Assembly (NCBI GenBank): GCA_964444485.1
Contig: CAYUHI010000003.1
Location: 1 to 26,714 of the forward strand
Length of the DNA stretch: 26,714 nt
Origin: an uncultured Gammaproteobacteria bacterium
Lineage (GTDB): Bacteria; Patescibacteriota; Microgenomatia; UBA1406; GWC2-37-13
Reading direction: 5' to 3'
Under the pieces are notes generated by a model. The model was not told the DNA's origin, ran no database searches, and worked only from the letters and a program-made list of their open reading frames with translations. Within the stretch, counting starts at the first letter, position 1. Every line of letters starts with the position of its first letter. The position numbers and the translations under genes were made by a program. Shown in pieces: positions 8,501 through 15,142 of the stretch.

Positions 8501-11500
8501 AGTTGAGATGGCAGGAGTGAGACTCAGATTATTAAAAGTAAAAGCCCCGGATGTGAGAGTAACATCTGCATCAGGATTGAAAACTACCGTTGATGAGCCT
8601 GCAGTGAATGCACCTGCAAGTGTGAAGAGTGGTGTAGCTGAGGTACCTGTGAGGGTGATCGTAGATGTCGAGCCCCCTGCATCGAGTGTGCCTGCCGTAC
8701 CTATGTTGATATAGCCTGCTGAAAGGTTGTACGATGACCCACTAGGCATTGTATCTATGGTGGATGTGCCTGACGTCGTGCCCGTGAGACTTATTGTTTT
8801 GCTTGCAGCAATGGTGGTAGTACCACCAAGAGCAGTCGTCAAAGCATATGATGAAGATGCGGTCGGGTTGGACGTAAAATCGCCATTTATGGTGACCGCT
8901 CCATCAAACGCGTAGATGTGATCGCCAGTAAGAATAGGGTTGAAAATCAGATTATTATATGTAGGAGAGCCTGAAATAGTTGTATCATAGTCTGAAAGAT
9001 ACCTCACTGTTGATCCGGTGAGGGTATACGTCTGAAATGTCGGCATGGGTACTGTATTCGCTGAGGTGGCTACTGAGTCGCATGTCGCGGTGGTATTGAT
9101 TGCCCCTCCCCCCAAACACAGAGTGGCACCGGAGCTCACGGTGAGGGTGCCAGACGCACCAGGGCCGGTAATTGCTTCATTTGCGTTGAATACCCCCTGA
9201 GATACGTTCATGTTGCCTGACACAGTGAATGCTGAACTGCCTCCATTGATTACCGTAGCTGCAGAGTTCAGAGTGAGTGTGGAGAAGGTGGTTGAGGTGG
9301 AGCCTCCCAGAAGTGCGGGGGTACCTGATGCAGATGTTACCGTGACTGTGGATGTACCTTGGGTAAAGGTGCCAGAGTTACTAAACAGTGTCCCCGAGGT
9401 GCCGGTGAGGGTGATGGTAGAGGCTCTTGCGGTGTAGGTGCCCCCTGTGCCAATATTTACAAACCCTGCAGATAAATTATGATTTGCTCCATTGACTGCA
9501 TCGAGGTTGGAGAGTGCATTGCTCCCGCTCCTTCTCACGTATACCGTCTTTGTAGCACCAAGGGAAGTTGTACCACCAAGGTTCACGAGCAGTGTGTTGG
9601 CTGTTCCTGAAGGGATGATGTCAAAGTCACCATTGATCGTGACTGCACCTCCAATGGTGTATGTTTTATCGGCAGACAGTATAGGATTGAAGATAAGATT
9701 GTTGTATGTGGGAGTATTGGATACGCTTGTATCTGCATTTGACAGATACCGTATGGTCGACCCGGTGAACGTATACGTTTGGAAGGTAGGTAAAGTGATA
9801 GCACCCGTTGATGTTGCTACGGAGTCACATGTATTTGTCGTATTTGTCGCACCTCCCCCGAGACACAGTGTCGCGCCTGATGACACAGTGAGAGTGCCAG
9901 ATGCACCTGGACCAGTGATCGCTGCATTGGCGTTGAATACTCCTTGAGAGACGTTCATGTTGGTGCCGATCGTGAATGCATTACCGCCATTTATCACCGT
10001 AGCTGCAGAGTTCAAGGTAAGAGTTGAAAATGTAGTAGATGAAGAACCATTGAGAAGCGTTGGGGTGCCAGATGCAGAAGTTGCCGTGACTGTCGATGTC
10101 CCTGCGGTGAAGGAACCAGAATTCGTAAACAGTGTCCCTGATGTGCCTGTGAGGGTGATGGTAGAAGCGCGTGCGGTGTAGGTGCCTCCCGTGCCGATGT
10201 TTACAAATCCAGCGGACAGATTGTGATTTGCGCCATTAACTGCATCGAGGTTGGAGAGTGCATTGCTCCCGCTCCTACGGACATATACGGTCTTTGTGGC
10301 GCCAAGGGTTGTTGTGCCTCCGAGATTGACAAGGAGAGTGTTGGCTGTGCCGGAGGGGATGATATCAAGATCCCCATTTATTGTCATGGCTCCCCCAATG
10401 GTGTATGTCTTATCAGCGGTGAGGACTGGATTGAATATCAGGTTGTTGTATGTAGGAGTATTGGATACCGAAGTAGCTGCATTGGATAGGTATCGTATGG
10501 TTGAACCGGTGAATGTATACGTTTGGAAGGTGGGCATAGTGATGCCACTGCCTGATGTTGCCACAGAATCACATGTATTTGTTGTATTGGTCGCCCCTCC
10601 TCCAAGACAGAGAGTTGCTCCAGAGCTTACGGTGAGAGTACCTGATGCACCTGGTCCGGTGATCTGAGCATTCGCATTGAATACTCCTTGAGAAACATTC
10701 ATATTGGTACCGACAGTGAATGCATTACCACCGTTTATCACCGTAGCTGCAGAGTTCAGAGTGAGCGTGGAGAATGTGGTGGACGATGATCCATTGAGAA
10801 GTGTTGGGGTGCCTGATGCAGATGTCACCGTTACTGTGGAAGTCCCTTGGGTGAAGGCACCAGAGTTGCTAAATAGTGTCCCCGTGATACCGGTGAGGGT
10901 GATGGTTGAGGTAGACGAACCTGCGTCGAGTGTGCCAGATGTTCCAATCGTCAGAAAACCCGTTGATAGGTTATAACTTGTTCCGGGATTAGTGTCTAGA
11001 GTCGAGGTAGCACTGTTTGTGCGGGTAATGGTGGTTGTTTTGGTACTGGCTACGGTAGTCGTACCTCCCATATTGACGGTGAGTGCAGGAGTACCGGCCC
11101 CAGATTCATCTGGGTTTATAGTGAAATTACCATTAATGGTCATAGCTCCACCAAGAGTGTACGTATAAGAAGTCGTGACAAATTTTGGTTTTAACTCCAA
11201 ATTACCATAGGTAGGTGTATTGGAGATCGTAGTGTTGTTGTCGGAAAGATACCGTATCGTTGATCCGGACGAGAATGTATAGGTAGTAAAAGATGGCAAA
11301 GCTTGCGCAGTAGTCTGTGCTGCACCAGACACACAGTCAGCTGTGGTAGACCCCGTTGTGCCGCCGAGACAAAGAATCCCAGGATCGTCGATTTTGAGTG
11401 TTGTGTTTGCACCTGCCGTAATCGTCCGATTTTCCAGATTAAACACTCCATTCGCCACCCAAAACATGTGTGGTGCATTAGCGGCAATGGTGAAATTTGC

Positions 11501-13300
11501 TCCAGCGTTGATGACCGTCGCTGCGGAAGCATCTATTTTAAGTGTATTAAGAGTAATTGTGGAGCCAGACGTCGCAAAGAGAGTAGGTGTCCCAGATGCT
11601 GGGCTTACGATCCATGACGTCAGGCTTTCTGTCGTCATAGTTGCGGTTGAACCTGATTGCCCGAGAGTAAATAATGTGCCCGATGTACCAACTAAGTACA
11701 CAATAGAACTGTTCGCAGTAGTAAAATTGCAATTATCCCCTGAAGTTACACCGTTGACTACTATCCAACCTACAGTCATATGTTGACCGTTGGTGGAAAA
11801 TTGAGTCGTGGCTGCAGCAGAGTCAGCTGTTGTACACCCTGTGCCTGATAGGGTCAATGTCCCACCAACTGTGACACCACCGCTCAGATTTACTACCAGA
11901 TCTCTATTTTGGCTCGACGTCGGACTAGATGTCCAGTTGTTATTCACATGAACTGCTGCTCCCATAGTATATGTCCTCGTTCCTCCTAGGGCTGGGCTGA
12001 GGGTGAGATTGTAAAATGCGTTACTATTCGTCCAGCTACCCGAGAGAATTGTAACCGAGGCATCAGAGGTAATAGTCACGCTGATAAAGGTACTAGGGGT
12101 AAATGTTCCGTTATTTGTAGCAATGGTTCCAGTTGTGTTTGTGAGGGTTAACGTACGCGCATTTCCATCGTTAGTTAGTGTAGCTCCATTATTAATGGTA
12201 AGTGAGAGCACCGTAGGACTTGTATTCAGAGTAACAGTATTATTGTTCGATATTGTCACAGTATCACCCGTTCCTGGTCCCGAGGCACAATTTGTCCAGG
12301 TAATCGTAGTCCAGTTTCCAGTACCATTTGATACGCAGCTAGCATCCGAAGCTATCTGCCATTGGGCCAAGTCCTCATACACACTCCTCCCATTCACATC
12401 TCGGATGCTTGTATGACCAAGCTTGTAAAACTCCGGACTCACCTGGGGTGCCATATACTCGTACGCCAGCCGTTGACTCTCCCCTGCCTTGAGCGACACA
12501 CTCCACGTCACCGTTTTGTGATCTTTCTCCTCCCCAACGACACTTGGCCCCTGCCAAATGAGGGTGAATGACGAGGGTATTTGCTCAACTATGGTACCTG
12601 CGAAATCTTCCTTCGCGGTGACGGTGATCACCATAGGATATCGGTCAGATTTAAATGGATTTATGCGTGTGGCACTCGACCGCTGTATGCTGAAAGCAGG
12701 CTGTTTTGATACATCTTGCACAACGAATGAAGACGCGACCTTTTTGCCCGTGTCAAGATTGGTCAGCTTGACTTTGTATGTGCCCACACTATTCACTACC
12801 ATCCGTGCGATGTAGTCTGGTTCGTTCGTCACGTTGTTATCTCCACACGTCGAACTGGTTATAATCTGGTTATCCTTCGTCGTCAGAATAGTTGGTTGTT
12901 TCGCACCTGGTATGCGAACTTCGAGCCTTAGGTTGCTATGGCAGAGAGTGTCGCCCCGTGCGTCAAGCGAAGCCAGCTGGAAAAGCACAGACTCCCCGGG
13001 GGTATATACTGACTTTTCCATGTTTACGGCAAGCACACCGCGTGTGAAGTCACGATCATCTATCTTTTCCTCTGAGTGAGACATGAGCCAATATACAAGC
13101 GTGACTATCGCCAAGACAACTAGTACCGTAAGAACAAATGGGAGAATTCTCCTTACTGGTATGCGTTTCAATAGCGGGGGGATCTTCGCCATCCATGCAG
13201 TCACCTTTTGCCACATGTTCGGCCCCATGGGGCGACCATCTGTTTCATCCTGTGGTGAAGCTCTCGGCCTGGGTATGAGTCGCGCATATTTTGCATGCAT
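2573..13300 (-). CDS. Giant membrane-anchored surface protein (~3,575 aa): TM anchor, Ig/MG2-like module, Thr/Ser/Gly-rich repeat stalk, six LamG-like domains, five-bladed beta-propeller
   Basis: Uninterrupted 10.7-kb ORF. TM helix ILPFVLTVLVVLAIVTLVYWLM. Six LamG starts (FWKMDEG, YWKMDES, YYKLDEG, HYKFDEG, EWKFDEG, WYKLDEC), each closing with a G.[IML]D[ED].[RK].Y/D-type strand. ATG 13300 preferred; the track uses TTG 13348. Confidence 0.93.
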   Translation of the reverse strand: MHAKYARLIPRPRASPQDETDGRPMGPNMWQKVTAWMAKIPPLLKRIPVRRILPFVLTVLVVLAIVTLVYWLMSHSEEKIDDRDFTRGVLAVNMEKSVYTPGESVLFQLASLDARGDTLCHSNLRLEVRIPGAKQPTILTTKDNQIITSSTCGDNNVTNEPDYIARMVVNSVGTYKVKLTNLDTGKKVASSFVVQDVSKQPAFSIQRSSATRINPFKSDRYPMVITVTAKEDFAGTIVEQIPSSFTLIWQGPSVVGEEKDHKTVTWSVSLKAGESQRLAYEYMAPQVSPEFYKLGHTSIRDVNGRSVYEDLAQWQIASDASCVSNGTGNWTTITWTNCASGPGTGDTVTISNNNTVTLNTSPTVLSLTINNGATLTNDGNARTLTLTNTTGTIATNNGTFTPSTFISVTITSDASVTILSGSWTNSNAFYNLTLSPALGGTRTYTMGAAVHVNNNWTSSPTSSQNRDLVVNLSGGVTVGGTLTLSGTGCTTADSAAATTQFSTNGQHMTVGWIVVNGVTSGDNCNFTTANSSIVYLVGTSGTLFTLGQSGSTATMTTESLTSWIVSPASGTPTLFATSGSTITLNTLKIDASAATVINAGANFTIAANAPHMFWVANGVFNLENRTITAGANTTLKIDDPGILCLGGTTGSTTADCVSGAAQTTAQALPSFTTYTFSSGSTIRYLSDNNTTISNTPTYGNLELKPKFVTTSYTYTLGGAMTINGNFTINPDESGAGTPALTVNMGGTTTVASTKTTTITRTNSATSTLDTNPGTSYNLSTGFLTIGTSGTLDAGSSTSTITLTGITGTLFSNSGAFTQGTSTVTVTSASGTPTLLNGSSSTTFSTLTLNSAATVINGGNAFTVGTNMNVSQGVFNANAQITGPGASGTLTVSSGATLCLGGGATNTTNTCDSVATSGSGITMPTFQTYTFTGSTIRYLSNAATSVSNTPTYNNLIFNPVLTADKTYTIGGAMTINGDLDIIPSGTANTLLVNLGGTTTLGATKTVYVRRSGSNALSNLDAVNGANHNLSAGFVNIGTGGTYTARASTITLTGTSGTLFTNSGSFTAGTSTVTATSASGTPTLLNGSSSTTFSTLTLNSAATVINGGNAFTIGTNMNVSQGVFNANAAITGPGASGTLTVSSGATLCLGGGATNTTNTCDSVATSTGAITLPTFQTYTFTGSTIRYLSNADTSVSNTPTYNNLIFNPILSADKTYTIGGAVTINGDFDIIPSGTANTLLVNLGGTTSLGATKTVYVRRSGSNALSNLDAVNGANHNLSAGFVNIGTGGTYTARASTITLTGTSGTLFSNSGTFTQGTSTVTVTSASGTPALLGGSTSTTFSTLTLNSAATVINGGSSAFTVSGNMNVSQGVFNANEAITGPGASGTLTVSSGATLCLGGGAINTTATCDSVATSANTVPMPTFQTYTLTGSTVRYLSDYDTTISGSPTYNNLIFNPILTGDHIYAFDGAVTINGDFTSNPTASSSYALTTALGGTTTIAASKTISLTGTTSGTSTIDTMPSGSSYNLSAGYINIGTAGTLDAGGSTSTITLTGTSATPLFTLAGAFTAGSSTVVFNPDADVTLTSGAFTFNNLSLTPAISTAGRAYTFGSGTQTVNGDFLIQPSGTQLLTVNMAGSITVSNTKTTTITRSSTATSKLVPGASSPALSSGNIAIASGGALDGTSSSSVVTLTANGTPLSVAGTYTPGSTTISYIPASTSGVNVASTTYYNVIFNKASNTFSLATSGITVTNDLTITAGVLDAVNGSNFPITVGRNWTNTPGTSGFEARQGTVTFNTATTGTISGATTFYNFTSTAAGKTIKFNDSTTYRINGLLTLTGSAGPTYVTLDSVSGNPSWTINHQGTESVSYTSVKNSACDGTSQEINAFGANNYDAGGNGTCWLFTEPLASVNYSFWKMDEGYSTTAHDSTDAVNTGTLAGTTKPTWQNEEYCVSGKCLYFEGTTAKVTTSEEVNVRTVSFWVRPVSTTTTFLQLNNSDYISASSGTLSATGFTATFYVDGVAKSTIEAGKWQHIVATTGTTVSGSAIILGNNSTNYYQGLMDEVRLDSTEYTAGQVKGDYIRRGAPDPVSAQFSDQDYQRLYDGLVGYWKMDESSGNATDSSGNATTLTNSASTPYVTAKFGNGADLESGSNQYFSVADNTVLSITGSLTLAAWIKPESVSAGTYNIISKWDGANVSYRLMQNADEIRLELNDTNNYIETSASNLVQDTWYQVVGVYDSAAATARIYINGIQATVATTGTIPSAIGDDGGKFHIGAQDSTGGASNYYDGIIDEARVYKRALSEYEIRSLYTLSPSPIAYYKLDEGSGTTANDSSGNSYTGTLTNSPVWGTGKYGSGVAMNGSQQYISVSDNANLRLSGDFTLSGWVRPQSASKDYLLLNNNAPLMQKIDGTDGYELGITQDGIPYGMLTNVSKTWTRYDNGSSADCSFGESYDDGCVISISATNNWDDAQVYTPFVFKEGSTYKMYYGGNDGSKVSVGLATSTNGYSWTRNSGNNCSSTGDGCVLPYGGASSWNINASYFPSVIKDGGTYKMWFGGSDGTNVRIGYATSTDGANWTLYNGNNCSGTSGNGCIFNIGTSGNWDAKFVTAPSVIKDGSTYKMWYSGRDASNVDRIGYATSSDGITWTRNSGNNCSTSGDGCIVGLGGANTWYATLVSGPRVIKDGALYHMVFNGIKTGDDHYRLGYATSTDGVTWTKYDNTSSAACGYSESYDEGCILDYGSANSWDDRYLVYPTFLKDGPTMRIWYSGIRVGGNYRIGYATFTPGITDTTAISGDTYHHLAFTKSGTSLSLYVDGVLKTTGTTAVTTIANTSALLSGNSLYGSLDDLRIYNYARSQTEITRDMNAGHPAPGSPVGSAVIHYKFDEGTDNTCSGGTNDVCNSGSGRTTYDGAQSGMAVPATATSGWTRDGKFGNALNFDADNDYISVPAISNLSSFSWSLWFKTRAVNNDRYLGARTTNVTTFLRKGTNCAQNKIEFGVYAGGWQGGCSTSSIVTDTWYHLVAVYNETTHKAQIYINGRLDASATTTGTVSTSAGGLNIGAAWDGASVFDGTIDEVKIYDFALSENQVKVEYNQGKSQVMGSLSTASDGKTGDNSAARAYCPPGNLEGNCDAGQDPAPVAEWKFDEGTGQSVNDTTGHSNTGVLGSSGGVDSADPSWIGGKFGKALNFDGDNDYVEVSGLDPYEAGGSISFMVWIKPSVVDGSQDMILSRPNPQIRLELAGGDFRVNLGDGADWCIANFNGGPVEANKWQHLAATYNHNTKILTLYRNGVITNSTETTCTLDNSGSIYIGQYELGGYNFPGAIDEVRFYSYARTPAQVAWDYNRGAPIAWYKLDECGGTVIHSSNDIYDSALDGSWSGSGGDQTSLGDCETVGSAWYNGATGKYNGSLNFDGTDDEVDLGTTYPNLTGWTSFSVTGWFNSANTSARASIVSKFNDADQGYGTSVFNVWHESGELRFKLSVDGGWDGAYVKYPTVSNSTWHHFAAVWDGTNYKIYVDGKFGEQASRTGVMTNPATNFYIGRMDDATPRWFNGKIDDIRVYNYALSEQQIKLNYNGGQAVNFR
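4970..6016 (-). other. Five-bladed beta-propeller domain (arabinanase/levansucrase/invertase-like fold) within the giant protein
   Basis: Five repeats of W(D/N/Y)...P.(V/F)(I/F/L)K(D/E)G..(Y/M).(M/I).(Y/F).G...(I/L/V)G(Y/L)AT(S..G..WT), each with a Cys pair. Confidence 0.8.
8663..10906 (-). repeat. Intragenic tandem repeats, 744-nt (248-aa) period, three copies plus degenerate flanking units
   Basis: The TITLTG-coding anchor gtgagggtgat starts at 10893, 10149, 9405 and 8649 (spacings 744, 744, 756). Each unit carries LCLGGGA.NTT.TCDS. Confidence 0.93.
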
Positions 13301-13379
13301 ATTCGTAGCTATCAGTATAGCAAGAAAGATGCAGAGAGAAAACGCCAAACTTGTCTGCTTATGTGTTCAGCTAGGTCGA

Positions 13380-14057
13380 TTACTTGGCCTGACCCACGAT
13401 GATGAGGATCTCAGCCTCAGGCTTTGTTTCTTGCGCGGGCAAAGGTCCAACCTCACCACCCAAAAACTTCGCTACCTCTTCGACTGACTGTTTGTTCTTG
13501 CCAGTCAGGTCCACGACCAAGGTTTTGGTGTAGTCGGTGGTCTTTGCTGTACCTAACGATATTTCAACAGGAGTCCTTGATGCTTTGCGTATCTTATCAT
13601 CAGTCTCTGCAGCAAGTCCTGCATTCGTTGTGCCATTGTATATAGCTATCTTGACTGGCTGTACTTGCTGACCGTTTTGGGCGTTTGGAGTAACTAGAAG
13701 GGGGCCTGATTCAATGATCTTATTCGAAGATGGTCGGTACAAGACGGCCTTTCTCGCTGTCCTAAAGATCAGAAGCTTGTCGCCGTTTTGAGCTTGAGCA
13801 AAAAATTGTTGCTGCTCTTTGAGCTTTGCGGCATCTTTTACGATTGCTAAAGCAGGTCGCTCATTGGGAAGAGCCATGAGCTTCTTGACAAGCTCAACTG
13901 TCTTATCGATATCTTTATCAGCTTCTTTCTGCTCTTTGGGGATCTTGGCTTCAAAAGTTGTGTACATGCGATAGTAATAGACTGCAGCAAATGTTGAAAC
14001 AGCCATATAAAGCAGTATTAAGACAACGACTAGTGTTTGTTTAGAGGGTTTTTCCAT
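13380..14057 (-). CDS. Single-TM protein with shared 'YRPS' domain and C-terminal LytR_C-like domain (225 aa)
   Basis: N-terminal TM. Central LP.E.P.LA...D..KL...FF..A..GDKL....AVLYRPS..KI. C-terminal VKIAIYNGT..AGLA...DYTKTLVVDL...EILIIVG matches the LytR_C pattern. Confidence 0.85.
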   Translation of the reverse strand: MEKPSKQTLVVVLILLYMAVSTFAAVYYYRMYTTFEAKIPKEQKEADKDIDKTVELVKKLMALPNERPALAIVKDAAKLKEQQQFFAQAQNGDKLLIFRTARKAVLYRPSSNKIIESGPLLVTPNAQNGQQVQPVKIAIYNGTTNAGLAAETDDKIRKASRTPVEISLGTAKTTDYTKTLVVDLTGKNKQSVEEVAKFLGGEVGPLPAQETKPEAEILIIVGQAK

Positions 14058-14107
14058 AGGACAATGAAATATAAATATTGAATATAATCAATCAACTTTC
14101 GGTGCAT

Positions 14108-14137
14108 ATAGTACAAGATCGCCCACATATGTGTCAA
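14108..14137 (-). promoter_or_regulatory. Putative sigma70 promoter for the 14057 gene and the giant gene
   Basis: Minus strand TTGACA (14137-14132), 18 nt, TACTAT (14113-14108), in the intergenic gap. Confidence 0.6.
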
Positions 14138-14169
14138 TCGCTTCTTCCCACACCTTTTCACTACCGCAA

Positions 14170-14736
14170 CTATTCCTTCATCATAGCTCCATCTGATGCA
14201 GCTTCAGGCGACGGTGACGGTATTGGAATCTCTGTGGGAACTTGTGTCCGCGTCTGGGGCTGTGGGGGTGGGGGTGCTTGCTGAGACTGCGCCTCAGGTG
14301 AAGGTAGTGCAAACGGTCCTTGTGAAACTACTTTATTGATGCTGGGTCGATAAATATAGACCCATTGAGATTTCTGGTAGAGCAATATGAGATCTCCATT
14401 GATTGCATCTTTGAATGCTGGTTGGCTTTTGAGCTTGCTAATGTCACCGATTGTTGCAAACACAGGAGTTTCGTCGTCGGGAAGTTTTGTTAGTTTATTC
14501 ACTTTCTGAATGGTGTCAAATAGTTGCCGTGCAACAGTAATATCTCCTCCTTGTGCTTCTGCTAGACCGATGAGTTTAGACATTTCTGCCTGTCGTTGGA
14601 GATTTCTGCTTGTCGCGATAGTAAGAAGAACCATAGCAGATAGAAATATCACGATCGAAACGATAACCAACATCCGTGATATTTTTGTTTGCTTGTCCCG
14701 AAAAGTGAGTTTTTTGTGATTTTCGACTTGTATCAT
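14170..14736 (-). CDS. Single-TM protein with the 'YRPS' domain and a Pro/Gln-rich tail, no LytR_C (188 aa)
   Basis: TM MLVIVSIVIFLSAMVLLTIA. Domain KLPDDETPVFATIGDISKLKSQPAFKDAINGD...IYRPSINKVV aligns with both neighbours. Confidence 0.85.
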   Translation of the reverse strand: MIQVENHKKLTFRDKQTKISRMLVIVSIVIFLSAMVLLTIATSRNLQRQAEMSKLIGLAEAQGGDITVARQLFDTIQKVNKLTKLPDDETPVFATIGDISKLKSQPAFKDAINGDLILLYQKSQWVYIYRPSINKVVSQGPFALPSPEAQSQQAPPPPQPQTRTQVPTEIPIPSPSPEAASDGAMMKE

Positions 14737-14762
14737 ACCGAATCAATAAACTTTATAAATAA

Positions 14763-14892
14763 CAGAAGTTACGCATTTATTCTTCGAGTGGAGCGCTGTA
14801 AAGCGCGAAATCGAGAAGCTTACCTGAAAGTTCTCGACTCGTGACGCAGAGCGTCACACCGCTCGAACAGTAACTATTTTGCGTAAGTACTG
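14763..14892. mobile_element. MITE-like element E2 (130 bp), same family as E1
   Basis: Ends CAGAAGTTACGCA / TGCGTAAGTACTG. TAAATAA duplicated at 14756-14762 and 14893-14899. 50/55 nt identical to E1 at the left end and 29/34 at the right end. Confidence 0.85.
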
Positions 14893-14899
14893 TAAATAA

Positions 14900-15033
14900 T
14901 AGATCTTAACGCCTAAAATAGGGTCTTATATTGTCATTGCAATCCTGCGCTAGCCGAAGGAGAAGCAATCTCATAAAAATCATGAATTAGATTGCCGCGT
15001 CGCTCCGCTCCTCGCAATGACGCATAAGTACTG
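14900..15033. mobile_element. MITE-like element E3 (134 bp): degenerate E1/E2-type ends around a different REP-like palindrome
   Basis: Left end TAGATCTTAACGC, right end GCATAAGTACTG. TAAATAA on both sides (14893-14899, 15034-15040). Internal GTCATTGC (14933-14940)/GCAATGAC (15014-15021) and GCAATCT (14965-14971)/AGATTGC (14989-14995). Confidence 0.7.
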
Positions 15034-15073
15034 TAAATAACTTATCTTCTGGCGAAATGGTATCCCTTTGATT

Positions 15074-15133
15074 TCCTGCTTGTCCCGATTGTCTCGGGGA
15101 ACTTGCTGTGCCCGCCTTCGGAGGGGTTCAGGA
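15074..15133. repeat. Small branched palindrome directly after the 15143 stop codon; possible terminator or REP-like remnant
   Basis: TCCTG/CAGGA outer stem enclosing the CCCGA/TCGGG and CCT-TCGG-AGG hairpins. No clear U-tract. Confidence 0.35.
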
Positions 15134-15142
15134 TCCATCAGG

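Noticed and set aside
2546-13487. Dozens of 60-180-aa plus-strand and alternative-frame ORFs over the giant gene (likewise over 16903-18119, 18849-19774 and 20402-26255)
   Set aside because: Shadow ORFs produced by the Thr/Gly/Ser codon bias and internal repeats of the real minus-strand genes.
14170-14736. Pseudogene reading of the paralogue lacking LytR_C
   Set aside because: Clean ORF with a Pro/Gln-rich tail and no LytR_C remnant in the downstream gap, so it looks like a genuine short variant.
14756-15040. CRISPR-like reading of the repeat-insert-repeat-insert-repeat pattern
   Set aside because: Repeats are only 7 bp, inserts are ~130 bp with their own TIRs, and there are no cas genes.
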